From: Planctomycetota bacterium
Lineage (GTDB): Bacteria; Planctomycetota; Planctomycetia; Pirellulales; Lacipirellulaceae
Length of the DNA: 64,000 bases
NCBI GenBank assembly: GCA_039188275.1
Contig: JBCCZD010000001.1
Span: forward strand, 7,010-71,009
Reading direction: 5' to 3'
Shown here: one piece after another, positions 18,559 to 28,011 of the stretch
How positions within the stretch are numbered: the first letter of the stretch is position 1
Layout of the letters: every line of letters begins with the position of its first letter
Notes under the pieces: generated by a model
Databases searched by the model: none
Told to the model about the DNA's origin: nothing
What the model saw: the letters and a program-made list of their open reading frames with translations, nothing else
Made by a program: the position numbers and the translations under genes

Positions 18559-19239
18559 TCAGTCCATACCTAGGTCCTTGACGAAGCTTGCTTCCGGCAC
18601 GACTTCTTCCGGTAGCACTCCGAGCTGCTCGACAATGACCTGGCGTGTGGCTGCTTCTACGTCAGCGGTCTGGACGTCGGTGTTGGTTGCGACCCGCAGC
18701 CGCACGATCCGCCGCGTGACGTCGCCGAGGGTCTCGAAGCCCTCGGGTGGGCAGACGCGCCAAGGGCTCGTCGCAAGATTCAGAACGACCGCGGCCGCTG
18801 CCGTGCCCAGAACGCCTAGGGGGAAGATCGCGGCGTCGATGCTCGCTGCCATTCCGCTAACCAGCAGCAATGCCGAGCAGGCTGCCCACAACAGGCGCCG
18901 CACGAGTTCAGGACGGCGAAGGCCGGGAGGCCGCCCGCGGAGTAGGCCGTGGAAGCGGGTCCACAGGGCCCGTCGCCGGTTGCCGGGGACGACGGCCTCG
19001 ATCCGGGTTGCTGGCCGCAGGCGTAGGCTCGGATCAGCCACCACCTCACGCGTCGCGGCGCGAACGCTGAGAAACGCCGGCAGGCTGTGGCAGGCACGCG
19101 CCTCTCTGGCCTCGAGCCGCGAACGGACCAGGTCGTTCAATTGGCCGACGGTCAGGATGGCGGCGGCTTCTTCGTCGGCGATGGCGATGCCGAAGCGGTC
19201 TTCGATCGCCATCACCATCTCAACGCCATCGAGTCCCAC
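18559..19239 (-). CDS. two-TM membrane protein with split ACP-like halves at its termini
   Basis: The N-terminus GLDGVEMVMAIEDRFGIAIADEEAAAILTVGQL resembles ACP helices II-IV. The C-terminus IVEQLGVLPEEVVPEASFVKDLGMD-stop resembles ACP helix I plus the DLG motif. Two hydrophobic helices lie between. GTG start 18 nt after the upstream stop. Confidence 0.6.
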   Translation of the reverse strand: MGLDGVEMVMAIEDRFGIAIADEEAAAILTVGQLNDLVRSRLEAREARACHSLPAFLSVRAATREVVADPSLRLRPATRIEAVVPGNRRRALWTRFHGLLRGRPPGLRRPELVRRLLWAACSALLLVSGMAASIDAAIFPLGVLGTAAAAVVLNLATSPWRVCPPEGFETLGDVTRRIVRLRVATNTDVQTADVEAATRQVIVEQLGVLPEEVVPEASFVKDLGMD

Positions 19240-19257
19240 GCTCGCCTCCGAGTAGGC

Positions 19258-20280
19258 TCACCCGCTTCCCTTCACGAACTTCCCGAACACCATCCGCCCC
19301 GCGCTCTTCTGCAGGACGCTCGTGACGTTGGCGGTGACGCTCTCGCCGACGTGGTTGCGCCCGCCCTCGATGACAACCATCGTCCCGTCGTCCAGGTACC
19401 CGACCCCCTGCGTCGATTCCTCGCCCGGCTTGACGATCCGCACATCGATCATCTCGCCTGGCAGGAAGATAGGCTTCAGGGCGTTGGCGATGTCGTTCAG
19501 GTTCACAACGCCGACGTTTTGCAGCTTCGCGACCTTGTTCAGGTTGTAGTCGTTGGTCACGACCTTGCCGTCCAGGTGCTTGGCGAGCAGCACCAGCCTT
19601 TGGTCGACCGACTGGCCCTCGAACTCGGGCAGCTCGCGGTCGAAGATCACCATCTCGATCTTCTGGTTGCTGCGGAGCCGGTTGAGGATGTCCAGGCCGC
19701 GCCGGCCGCGGTTGCGGCGGAGCTTGTCGCTCGAGTCGGCGATGCCCTGCAGCTCGGCGATAACAAACTGGGGCATGATGAGCTGGCTGTCGACGACGCC
19801 GGTCTCGACCACGTCGGCGATGCGCCCGTCAATCACGACGCTGGTGTCCAGCACCAGCGGCTTGAGCCCCTTGATCTGTTTCGCGAACTCGACGTACGGG
19901 ATGATGAAGCGGAAGTCGTCCTTCGTCTGCAGCAGCACCGAGATGCAGGCGTAGCACAACGCCATCCCCAGCAGCGACGGCAGGAACGCCGAGAAGAGCG
20001 AGTCGGCCGTCGAAAGCACCGGCAGCAACGCCAGCCGCGTGACGTAGGTCAAGAAGAGGCCAATGATCAGACCGAAGTAGACCGACGTGATCAGGTCGAG
20101 CCGCTTGCGGGGGACGAGCATGTCGATCACCACGGTGGCGATCGCGAGCAGAACCGTCCCCGTGAAGACGAGTGTCGGCAGGTAGGTCGGCCGGCTGACC
20201 AGCACCTGCGACTGCGCGAGCTGCACCCCCAGCCCGAAGGCGACGATCAGGAAGACGACACGTAAGACCAGCAGTTGCAT
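19258..20280 (-). CDS. PIN/TRAM-domain membrane protein (YacL-like)
   Basis: Four N-terminal TM helices, a PIN-like core (LVLDTSVVIDGRI...), and a C-terminal TRAM-like beta domain (GEMIDVRIVKPGEE...GRMVFGKF). Confidence 0.85.
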   Translation of the reverse strand: MQLLVLRVVFLIVAFGLGVQLAQSQVLVSRPTYLPTLVFTGTVLLAIATVVIDMLVPRKRLDLITSVYFGLIIGLFLTYVTRLALLPVLSTADSLFSAFLPSLLGMALCYACISVLLQTKDDFRFIIPYVEFAKQIKGLKPLVLDTSVVIDGRIADVVETGVVDSQLIMPQFVIAELQGIADSSDKLRRNRGRRGLDILNRLRSNQKIEMVIFDRELPEFEGQSVDQRLVLLAKHLDGKVVTNDYNLNKVAKLQNVGVVNLNDIANALKPIFLPGEMIDVRIVKPGEESTQGVGYLDDGTMVVIEGGRNHVGESVTANVTSVLQKSAGRMVFGKFVKGSG

Positions 20281-20410
20281 CGGATGCGTGCGGCCGTGGC
20301 GGGGCGTTGGGGTACGGACGCGGGCCGCCCGGGGTTGTCTCGGCCCGCCGGGCGCCGCCGCCGGTCCTTAAACCTTCATCGTATCCGCTGGCGCGGGGAT
20401 CGTCAGGCGG

Positions 20411-20453
20411 AAAGGACTGCCTCGCGGCTTCACCCCTGCCGCGGAGGCAGTCC
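20411..20453 (-). terminator. candidate terminator downstream of the dGTPase-like gene
   Basis: ~14-bp stem ggactgcctcgcgg / ccgcg(g)aggcagtcc with one bulge, followed on the minus strand by UUU. Confidence 0.35.
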
Positions 20454-20486
20454 GCGGCCGCGCAGACCCTACAACCGGCGCCGGCG

Positions 20487-21653
20487 CTACCCGGCGAGCG
20501 CGCCGGCGGCTTCGAGAGCGAATCGATCGGTGACGCTCGATACGTAGTCGGCTGCGGCACGCTGCGGGGACTGCTGGCGGGCGACCTCGGCGTACGGCGC
20601 CGGGAGCGTGTCCGCCGTATCGGCGGCGTGGTCGAACAGGCCGCCCAGGGCGGCGGTCGCCTCCATCCGCTGGGCCAGCACGCGGGGGTGGCGGTAGACC
20701 CTATCGAACAAGAACCGCTCGAACGGCCGCTTCTGCTCGGCCAGAGCGGGCGAAGCCTCGGCGATGAGCGGCGCGTGGCGGACGGCGCCCGTCGAGTCGG
20801 GGCGGAGTTCCTCGAGCCGCCGCCACGCGTGGTCGAGCAGGTCGCTCACCTGCCGATCAATCAGCTCGTGGATCGTCGCCCGCCGCAACGCCTTGGCGTC
20901 GAGACTCGCGAACCGCTGGCGCACGCGCGAAACCGTGTCCCGCCAGAGTTCGATCGTCTCGAGCTCGGCAAACTCGATCATGCCGAGCTCGAGCGCGTCG
21001 TCGGCGTCGTGAGCGTCGTAGGCGATGCTGTCCGCGGCGTCGACGATCTGGACCTCGAGCAGCGGGCTCTCGCGGCCGTCGGGAACGACCGAGCCGCGTG
21101 TGGGTTTGTATGCCCTACGGCTCTGACCGTCGAGCACCTCATGCGTGAGGTTGAGCCCCGGAAAGCCAGGGTAGCGCTGCTCCAGCCGTTCGACGATTCG
21201 CAGCGCTTGGGCGTTGTGGTTGAACCCCCCCTCCCCCTCGAGCCGGGCGTTGAGGACGTCCTCGCCGGCGTGTCCGAACGGCGGGTGACCGATGTCGTGC
21301 ATCAGGGCGAGCGCTTCGACCAGGTCCTCGTTGACGCGGAGTGCCCGGGCGAGGGTCCGGGCGACCGAAGCGACCTCGAGCGTGTGGGTCAGCCGCGTGC
21401 GGTGGTAGCCGCCGCCGTGCTGGCTGAAGCTGTTCCGCCGGCTGAGGTGCGGGCTCGCCAAGAGGGGACTCGTGAAGACCTGCGTTTTGTACGCCAGCCG
21501 CCGGTAAGCCGAGCTGTGGACAATGCGGTCGCGGTCCCGCTGGTAGGGCGAGCGGTACGCGTGCGCCCGCTCCTCATGCCGCCGCCCGGCCGAGTCGGCG
21601 GCGTGCATAGCGTAGGGGGCCAGCAACAGCGTTTCCCGCCGGGCGTTGTCCAT
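20487..21653 (-). CDS. dgt: deoxyguanosinetriphosphate triphosphohydrolase-like HD protein
   Basis: RSPYQRDRDRIVHSSAYRRLAYKTQVF, RLTHTLEVA, MHDIGHPPFGHAGE. Confidence 0.9.
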   Translation of the reverse strand: MDNARRETLLLAPYAMHAADSAGRRHEERAHAYRSPYQRDRDRIVHSSAYRRLAYKTQVFTSPLLASPHLSRRNSFSQHGGGYHRTRLTHTLEVASVARTLARALRVNEDLVEALALMHDIGHPPFGHAGEDVLNARLEGEGGFNHNAQALRIVERLEQRYPGFPGLNLTHEVLDGQSRRAYKPTRGSVVPDGRESPLLEVQIVDAADSIAYDAHDADDALELGMIEFAELETIELWRDTVSRVRQRFASLDAKALRRATIHELIDRQVSDLLDHAWRRLEELRPDSTGAVRHAPLIAEASPALAEQKRPFERFLFDRVYRHPRVLAQRMEATAALGGLFDHAADTADTLPAPYAEVARQQSPQRAAADYVSSVTDRFALEAAGALAG

Positions 21654-21757
21654 GCGGGTGATTTAACCACAGCGGGCGCGGAGGGCCCAGAGCTTTCGCG
21701 GTCTCGGCTCCGCGGCCGCGCCCACGCGGGCAACGGCGCGGTAGGCCACGCGGCCAG

Positions 21758-22366
21758 TCATGAGAGTTCGCCACGCAGCAGGCGCCACAGTTCGTCTAGC
21801 GACTGAGGGATGACGCGGACGCCGGCCAAGACCGGCATGAAGTTGTGGTCGCCCGGCCAGCGGGGGACGAGGTGCCAATGCAGGTGGCCCGGCACGCCGG
21901 CTCCAGCGAGCCGGCCGAGATTCAACCCGATGTTGAAGCCTTGGGCCTGGACCTTTGCGCCGAGCACCCTCGTCAGCCGGCTGAGCGTCTGCATGATTTC
22001 CAGGTGCTCAGCGTCGGTCAGGTCGGCAAGCTCGGCAGTGTGCCGGCGCGGCGCTACGAGCACGTGCCCGTTGGCGTACGGGTAGCGGTTGAGCACCACG
22101 ACCGCGAACTCGCCTCGCCATGCGACGAGGTTCTGCTCGTCGGCTTCGGCTTGATTGTCCCCGTAGTCGGCCGCAGCGCGGCAGAGGAAGCACGCCTCGT
22201 CGGCGCCGTCGACCCACCGCACGGGCTCGGGCGGCGACTCGGTGTCGGCTTGGCCCTTGATGTACCCCAGCCTCCAGGGCGCCCACAGCCGCTCTTGGTT
22301 CAACGCGTGCTCACCGGGCGCGCGCTCGCCTCGGCCGCCCGATTTGCTCCTGGCGCCGTCGTTCAT
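21758..22366 (-). CDS. HIT-family nucleotide hydrolase/transferase (Ap4A-phosphorylase-like)
   Basis: LWAPWRLGYIKG, NRYPYANGHVLV, histidine triad GHLHWHLVPR. ATGA overlap with the upstream gene. Confidence 0.85.
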   Translation of the reverse strand: MNDGARSKSGGRGERAPGEHALNQERLWAPWRLGYIKGQADTESPPEPVRWVDGADEACFLCRAAADYGDNQAEADEQNLVAWRGEFAVVVLNRYPYANGHVLVAPRRHTAELADLTDAEHLEIMQTLSRLTRVLGAKVQAQGFNIGLNLGRLAGAGVPGHLHWHLVPRWPGDHNFMPVLAGVRVIPQSLDELWRLLRGELS

Positions 22367-22989
22367 TGCGTGGCGCCCGCCACAGACTTCTCGACGCTGC
22401 GAATCATCTGGCGGAAGGCGTCGGCGTGGCCGTCGATTACGCTCTTCGGCCCGACCAGCTTGAAGAAGTAGTTGCCCGAGCCGCTGGTCTCAAGGATCGC
22501 GGCCACCATCCGGTAGTCGGCCTTCTCAACCTTCGGGCCAAAGGGCCCCCGCGGGCTGTCGAGGTACGTGCCGGCGCCGTCGAAGAGGGTGAGCTTCATG
22601 CCGCCCAGGCTCTCGGTGGTGGTCTCGGTCTTGGGCTTGCCGTCGGCTCCGGAGCGGAATTGGCCCGCCCAGCGAGCGATGTTCGCCTGGATGCTCCCGC
22701 CGGCCGCCATGACGGTCAGGCGCCCGCCGGTTGCGTCGGCCGTCTCGCCCGGGATTGCCAGCTCCATCTCGATGATCCGGTTGCGTGGCTTCACCTGCTT
22801 CCACGCCGTGGGCGCGTCGACCGTCAAGGCGCCGTCGGCAAGCGTGAGCGACGCGGTCTTGGCAGCCGAGGCCTCACCGGCCGGCGCTTCCGCCGCGGGT
22901 TGCGCGACGGCGGTCGACTGCGCCCACGCCAACGCGGCGCCGGCGAGCGCAGGAAGGCACAGGCAACCGAGGTGGCGGAGGCAGATCAT
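22363..22989 (-). CDS. secreted hypothetical protein
   Basis: Signal peptide [28 protein letters not shown] 22989. The stop overlaps the HIT gene start. Confidence 0.65.
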   Translation of the reverse strand: MICLRHLGCLCLPALAGAALAWAQSTAVAQPAAEAPAGEASAAKTASLTLADGALTVDAPTAWKQVKPRNRIIEMELAIPGETADATGGRLTVMAAGGSIQANIARWAGQFRSGADGKPKTETTTESLGGMKLTLFDGAGTYLDSPRGPFGPKVEKADYRMVAAILETSGSGNYFFKLVGPKSVIDGHADAFRQMIRSVEKSVAGATQ

Positions 22990-23113
22990 GATTAACTCGC
23001 TGGAGGGGTGATGGAGTGGTCGTGGGGGAGCGCGGCGAGAGCTTCCCGTGTCGTGCCGTGGCGATTGCCCGTTCCACGCCGACTGCCCGTGCCGTGGCGA
23101 CTGTAAGACGGGC

Positions 23114-23947
23114 CTACTCAGGCGCCATGCCGTCCGCATTGCCGGCTTCCAGTTCTTCTGCGTTGTCGCCCGCGTTTGCGTCGCCGGGTTCCGCAACCGC
23201 CCCGTTGCCGCCGCCTATCGTACCCGATTCGTTTGCCGTCGACGAAAGATCGCTGAGCAACACAAAAGCCAGCACGCCGCCGAGAGCGAGCGTCAAGACG
23301 AGCAGGCAGATCGCCAAGAGCACGCGGCGGTTCCGCGCCCGTTTCCGACGCTCGACGTACCGCGTCGCGGCCGACGTGGCGTCCGCGTCCGGGGCGACGC
23401 TCGTCGGCAGCAGGGGCGCCGGCAGTTCGCCGGCGGCGTCTCGGGCGACCCGCCACTCGGCCCAGCCGTCGCGCCAGATGTAGCTCTCGGGCGCAACCCG
23501 GCGGTCGGTGATCCACTGACGGAACTGCTCATCCGAGGCCGGCCCGAACTGCTCGCCAGAGTCCGCCCGCAAGTACCACTGCCCGGTGGGGGCGCGTGGC
23601 GGCGCGGCCGGCTGGGGCGCGGCCGGCTGGGGCGCTGCCACGGGCTTCGCAACCGCTTTGGCGACCGCTCTTGCCACGGGCTTCGCTGGTGGTGGCGCCG
23701 AAGCCGCGTCGACACTCGCCTCCGTCGCTGCGGGGCGTGCCGCCGCTGCCACGGGCTCCGCCAGGGGTTTCGCCGCAGCCGGTTGGCTGGCGGCAGGTTG
23801 ATCGGCGGCGGACGGGGCCGGCGCCAGCGTCGACTCGTTGGGCACGACAACCACGGCTCGGCACTCGGGGCACGCCCCGCGCTTGCCGGCGAGCTCCTGC
23901 TTCACTTGCAGGGTGTGGCCGTTAGGGCATTTGAAGCGAATAGCCAT
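23114..23947 (-). CDS. zinc-ribbon / GYF_2 (DUF4339) domain protein with a C-terminal TM anchor
   Basis: FKCPNGH...CPEC ribbon, a GQWYLRADSGEQFGP...WRDGWAEW GYF-like module, and a TM helix LLAICLLVLTLALGGVLAFVLL. Confidence 0.75.
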   Translation of the reverse strand: MAIRFKCPNGHTLQVKQELAGKRGACPECRAVVVVPNESTLAPAPSAADQPAASQPAAAKPLAEPVAAAARPAATEASVDAASAPPPAKPVARAVAKAVAKPVAAPQPAAPQPAAPPRAPTGQWYLRADSGEQFGPASDEQFRQWITDRRVAPESYIWRDGWAEWRVARDAAGELPAPLLPTSVAPDADATSAATRYVERRKRARNRRVLLAICLLVLTLALGGVLAFVLLSDLSSTANESGTIGGGNGAVAEPGDANAGDNAEELEAGNADGMAPE

Positions 23948-24347
23948 GAGCGCTGCGGGGGGCGACGCCGGGGAGCAACGGAGCGATCTCTGGATCGGCG
24001 ACCGGGAAGCCCGCCGACCAACCCAGTATACAAGCCCTCGGAACCGCTACCCGAAAGCCGTTTTCGTAGCCGATCGCCGCCGGATGGTTCGGTTGTGCCG
24101 GTTCCTCTGCCTCGGGCGGAAGAACACGCCAAATGTACTGCGCCACGAGCTAGTGGGAACTGCAGCGACAGCGTAAACTGAGATTTCCTCGCAACACGCG
24201 CGGCAGGCTGCGTGCCGGGGGCGAAGCTGTACGGTGGCGCGAAGATCCGCGACGCTGGGTAAGGCACGGGGCGGACCGAGTGGGGCGCAGGCTACCCACC
24301 GGGCGCAGCCGCTTGGGGCGTACTCCTGCTCGCTTAAAGGCTCTTTG

Positions 24348-25016
24348 ATGGATTCCTACTCCGCTGAAGACCACACCGCCGAAGGCCGCTGCGCCGAAAA
24401 CGAAGCCGACCACGCGAACGACCTGGAGGGTCCGATCGAGATCGCCATCACCGGCGACTTGACCGACCACGAGGGCGAGATCACCGATCGGTTGCTGGGC
24501 GTCGAGATCGGCGGCGAGTGCACGCTTTACATCGATTCGCCGGGCGGAAGCCCCTATTGCGCGATGTCGCTGATGACGCTGATCAAGCTCCGCCGGCTGC
24601 GGGCAACGGCGATCGTCACCGGCGAGTGCTCTTCGGCCACGCTCTGGCCTTTCGCCGCGTGCCAGCGGCGGTTTGTCACGCCGTACAGCGTTCTGCTGTT
24701 CCACCCCATGCGGTGGCAGAGCGAGGAGAACGTCGGCCTGGCCGAGGCCGCCGAGTGGGCTCGCCACTTCGGCGACTTAGAAAAGACGATGGACGAGTTG
24801 CTTGCGCAGCTGTTCGGTGTCGATATCAAGCTCATGGCCGAGTGGATCAACCCCGGCCGGTACGTGAGCGGCAGAGAGGTCGCCGACGCCGGGATCGCCG
24901 AGATGGTGAACTTCGACGACCTGCCAACGCTGTCGATGCCAGCATCGGTCGATGCGAGCCAGTCGCCAGCCGGGCGGGCGGGGGCGAGCCGCCCCGCCGC
25001 GCGGCGGAGCAACTAG
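24348..25016 (+). CDS. ClpP/S14-fold protease-like protein (Ser-His kept, Asp position lost)
   Basis: LYIDSPGGS, GECSSATLW (Ser) and LLFHPM (His) align to ClpP. The ClpP Asp position reads Gly (NPGRYVSG). ATG 24348. Confidence 0.7.
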   Translation: MDSYSAEDHTAEGRCAENEADHANDLEGPIEIAITGDLTDHEGEITDRLLGVEIGGECTLYIDSPGGSPYCAMSLMTLIKLRRLRATAIVTGECSSATLWPFAACQRRFVTPYSVLLFHPMRWQSEENVGLAEAAEWARHFGDLEKTMDELLAQLFGVDIKLMAEWINPGRYVSGREVADAGIAEMVNFDDLPTLSMPASVDASQSPAGRAGASRPAARRSN

Positions 25017-25094
25017 CCGGCAATCGGCGTTTGCCCGCCGGCGCCCGCCCCAGCGAATCGACCGGCCCACCCAACCGGACAAGGAACGTCCGCG

Positions 25095-26414
25095 ATGTGT
25101 GTTAGCGCCAAGACAAACAGCTTCCTTCTGCTCACGCCACTCCTGCTCGTGGCGGGCTGCGCCGGCGACGACCCGACGGTCGCCATCCGCGACATGGCGG
25201 CCTTGCCCGCCGCATCGGCCACGGGGTCAACCGCACTCCGAGGAGAAGTCGACCGTATCGAGCAGGCCGGCCACACGCCACTCGGCCTGATGCCCCCGCT
25301 GCCCGACCCGGGCGACAACGGTGCGGCCATCTTTTCTAACGCGATGGGGGACGCCCTCCGCAAGCAGATGGTCACCAAGCTGCTCGCGCTCACGCCGAAA
25401 GAGCGGTTTGAGTTCGACATTGTGCAGCTCGAAAAGGTCCGCAAGGCGATGCAGACCGGCTGGAGCATCCGGCAGCAGCTCGACAAAGCGGACGCGGCGC
25501 CGGCGTTCGCGTTTCAGGTCGCCTACGACCTCGGCTTCTTCGGCAAGATGCGGTTCCTGGACGACGCGGCCGTAGCCTGCCGGCTGCACGCCCTCGCCGC
25601 GGCGCCGGCGCTCGCCAACGGCGAGATCGAAACCGCGCTCGACGAGCTGGAGCTCGCGATGCGCTGGGCCGATCGGCTGGCGCAAGTCAAGCGGGTCGAG
25701 GCCCGACTGCTCGCCGCGCAACTGCGTGGGATGTGCCTGAGCATCGTCGAGTCGATGGCGGGCGCCGAAGCGGGCCGACCCGGCTCACTGCTGCCGCCGC
25801 GGTTCACGCCTCAGCTGGCCGACACCGAGCGGATGTACGCCCTCGTCCGCCGGTCGCTAGCCGACTGGCCCGACGACGCAGGGCCGTTGATTGGTGACCG
25901 GGCCGTGGTGATGCACTCTTACGAAGCCATCCGGCAAGGGATGTTCGACCGGCTCGTCACGGTGGCCGAGCGGGCTCAGCTCCAGCGGCTCGGCCGGCTC
26001 GACCGCATGACGCGGATGCCTCCGGCCGAGATCGACGCCGACGAGTTGGCGTACCTCGAAGCGATGGCGAAGCTCATCGCCATGGCGGGGCGGCCCCACT
26101 ACGAGCGCGCCTCGGCCGTGCAGGAGGCGCTCGCCCCGTTCGAGCCCGGCGGCGCCAACGCCGACCGGGCGCCGCTGGCGGCGCAGCTGTTCTTGCCCGG
26201 GCTCGGCTACGCGGTCCGCGAGATGGCGCGCGACCGCGCCGTCTGCGAGGGGTGGGCGATCGCCCTCGCCGCGGCCGGCGGTTTGGACCTGCCGCCGTTC
26301 AAGGTCAACCCGGCAACCGGCGTCGAGTACGAGGTCGAGCGAACGCCCGACCGGTTGATCGTCCGCCTGGGCGACGACGAGGTCCGCGACCCCGTCGTCA
26401 AGCCGCTGCCATAA
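25095..26414 (+). CDS. hypothetical lipoprotein
   Basis: Signal peptide with lipobox LLLVAGC. Helical, Ala/Leu-rich body. No family recognised. Confidence 0.7.
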   Translation: MCVSAKTNSFLLLTPLLLVAGCAGDDPTVAIRDMAALPAASATGSTALRGEVDRIEQAGHTPLGLMPPLPDPGDNGAAIFSNAMGDALRKQMVTKLLALTPKERFEFDIVQLEKVRKAMQTGWSIRQQLDKADAAPAFAFQVAYDLGFFGKMRFLDDAAVACRLHALAAAPALANGEIETALDELELAMRWADRLAQVKRVEARLLAAQLRGMCLSIVESMAGAEAGRPGSLLPPRFTPQLADTERMYALVRRSLADWPDDAGPLIGDRAVVMHSYEAIRQGMFDRLVTVAERAQLQRLGRLDRMTRMPPAEIDADELAYLEAMAKLIAMAGRPHYERASAVQEALAPFEPGGANADRAPLAAQLFLPGLGYAVREMARDRAVCEGWAIALAAAGGLDLPPFKVNPATGVEYEVERTPDRLIVRLGDDEVRDPVVKPLP

Positions 26415-26513
26415 GGGGGGCGCCGAAGCCCCCGGCCGGTCGCCCACCGTCGGTTCGCAGGAGCACCCCACCCGCAGTCGGCGCGTGCTCGGCCGCCGCC
26501 GCGGAGCTTCCGG

Positions 26514-27380
26514 TTACTCCGTGTCGAGGCTCACGCCGCACGACTGGCAGAACCGGGCATCGGCGGCCAGCCCGGTTGCGCCGCACGCGCGGCACGCCTT
26601 CGCCGCGTCGCCGCCCGGCTGGCGGTCGGAGATCATCTGCGCGCTGAACAACCCGGTCGGCACGATGATGATCGCGTAGCCCAGCAGCATCACGATCGCG
26701 GCGATCATCTTCCCCAGCGGCGTTACGGGGTGGATGTCCCCGTAGCCGACGGTGGTGATCGTGACGATCGCCCAGTAGACGCTGGTCGGGATGTCGTCGA
26801 AGCCGCTGTTGGCGTCCCCCTCGACCAGGTAGATGACGGTCCCCAGGACGACGATCGAGCAGAAGACGACCGACAGGAAAACCGTGATCTTCGGCCACGT
26901 CCGCCGCAGCGCGATCATCAGGCCACGGGCCTCGCGGACGTGGCGGGCGAGCTTGAGCACCCGGAAGACGCGTAGCAGCCGGAGCGTGCGGATCGTCGCC
27001 AGCGAGTCGGCGCCGGCGTAGTACAGCCCGAGGTAGGTCGGCAGCAGCGAGACGATGTCGACCAGCCCGAAGAAGCTGAAGACGTAACGCCAAGGCCGGT
27101 GGACGCACGCCAGCCGGGCGAGGAACTCAAGGCTGAAGAGCAGCGTGATGACCCATTCGATAACGTCGAACCAAAGGCCGTAGCGGGCGGCCAGCGAGCC
27201 GACGCTCTCGAGCATGACGACCAGCACGCTGAGGAGGATCACCCCGAGCAGCACAACGTCGAAGTGCTTGCCGGGCCGCGACTCGTGCCCGAAGATCACG
27301 CCGAACCAAGCCCGCTGCCACGGCGCGGGTCCGGGCTGGATCGAGTTGGTGTCGGCGGCGGGCGTCTCGGCGGCTTTCAT
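26514..27380 (-). CDS. voltage-gated K+ channel with a C-terminal zinc ribbon
   Basis: S4 helix RTLRLLRVFRVLKLARH, selectivity filter TTVGYGD, and C-terminal CRACG...CQSCG. ATG 27380. Confidence 0.85.
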   Translation of the reverse strand: MKAAETPAADTNSIQPGPAPWQRAWFGVIFGHESRPGKHFDVVLLGVILLSVLVVMLESVGSLAARYGLWFDVIEWVITLLFSLEFLARLACVHRPWRYVFSFFGLVDIVSLLPTYLGLYYAGADSLATIRTLRLLRVFRVLKLARHVREARGLMIALRRTWPKITVFLSVVFCSIVVLGTVIYLVEGDANSGFDDIPTSVYWAIVTITTVGYGDIHPVTPLGKMIAAIVMLLGYAIIIVPTGLFSAQMISDRQPGGDAAKACRACGATGLAADARFCQSCGVSLDTE

Positions 27381-27426
27381 CCCGGCCGAGTGTAGCTGCA
27401 CGATGCGAGCCGGCCAACGCCGGCGG

Positions 27427-28008
27427 CTATGGCATGCCGAGCTTGTCGAGGATCGACCGCCACTCGGCGGTGACGCCGCGCTCTTCGGCAAAGTGATCGA
27501 TGGACAGTCGATCCACTTCGACGACCCCAGCGGTACGGACGCCAGCGATACCACGGACGTGCTTGTCCGACGCCCCGTGTTGATAGTACAGCAGCTTGCC
27601 CAGGATCACGTCTTCGGGCGTGGCGACACCGACTTCAAGGTCGGAGAAGAACGGTGCCCTCCGTTTGCGCCGCAGCTGCGCTTCGTTCCAGGCCGCGATC
27701 CGACGAGCCTAAAACCGACTTTGTTATTCGTTGCGGGATGTGGATCAGGTTGAACTGCCCCTGCGCTTCGACCGCCTCTGCCGCAGCGGTTTTGCTGATG
27801 CCGAACTCGCATTCCGGAAAGGCGCTGCAGAGACGCTGCGCGTCAAACAGGTCGCAACGAACAACAATGCCGATGTCTTCGGTGAATCGTCTTCGGTGGA
27901 TCGAGGCTCGCCCCACGCGCCGCTGGCGAAAGAGCCCACGACCGCTTACTCGACTCCGAGATCATCGAGCGTGTTAGCGACGAGTCGCAAGAGGTCGAGT
28001 TGTTCCAC
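27427..28008 (-). pseudogene. decayed nucleotidyltransferase-fold gene
   Basis: The reading ...LDDLGVE(TAA)AVVGSFASGAWGEPRSTED...IGIVVR...FNLIH...VATPEDVILGKLLYYQHGASDKHVRGIAGV is spread over three frames. There is a TAA at 27946-27948 where the paralog at 36.8 kb has Tyr, plus a 14-bp tandem duplication and further frame changes. Confidence 0.6.
27875..27902. repeat. 14-bp tandem duplication causing a frameshift
   Basis: gtcttcggtg occurs at 27875 and again at 27889. Removing one 14-bp unit restores WGEPRSTEDIGIVVR in a single frame. Confidence 0.85.
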
Positions 28009-28011
28009 GAT

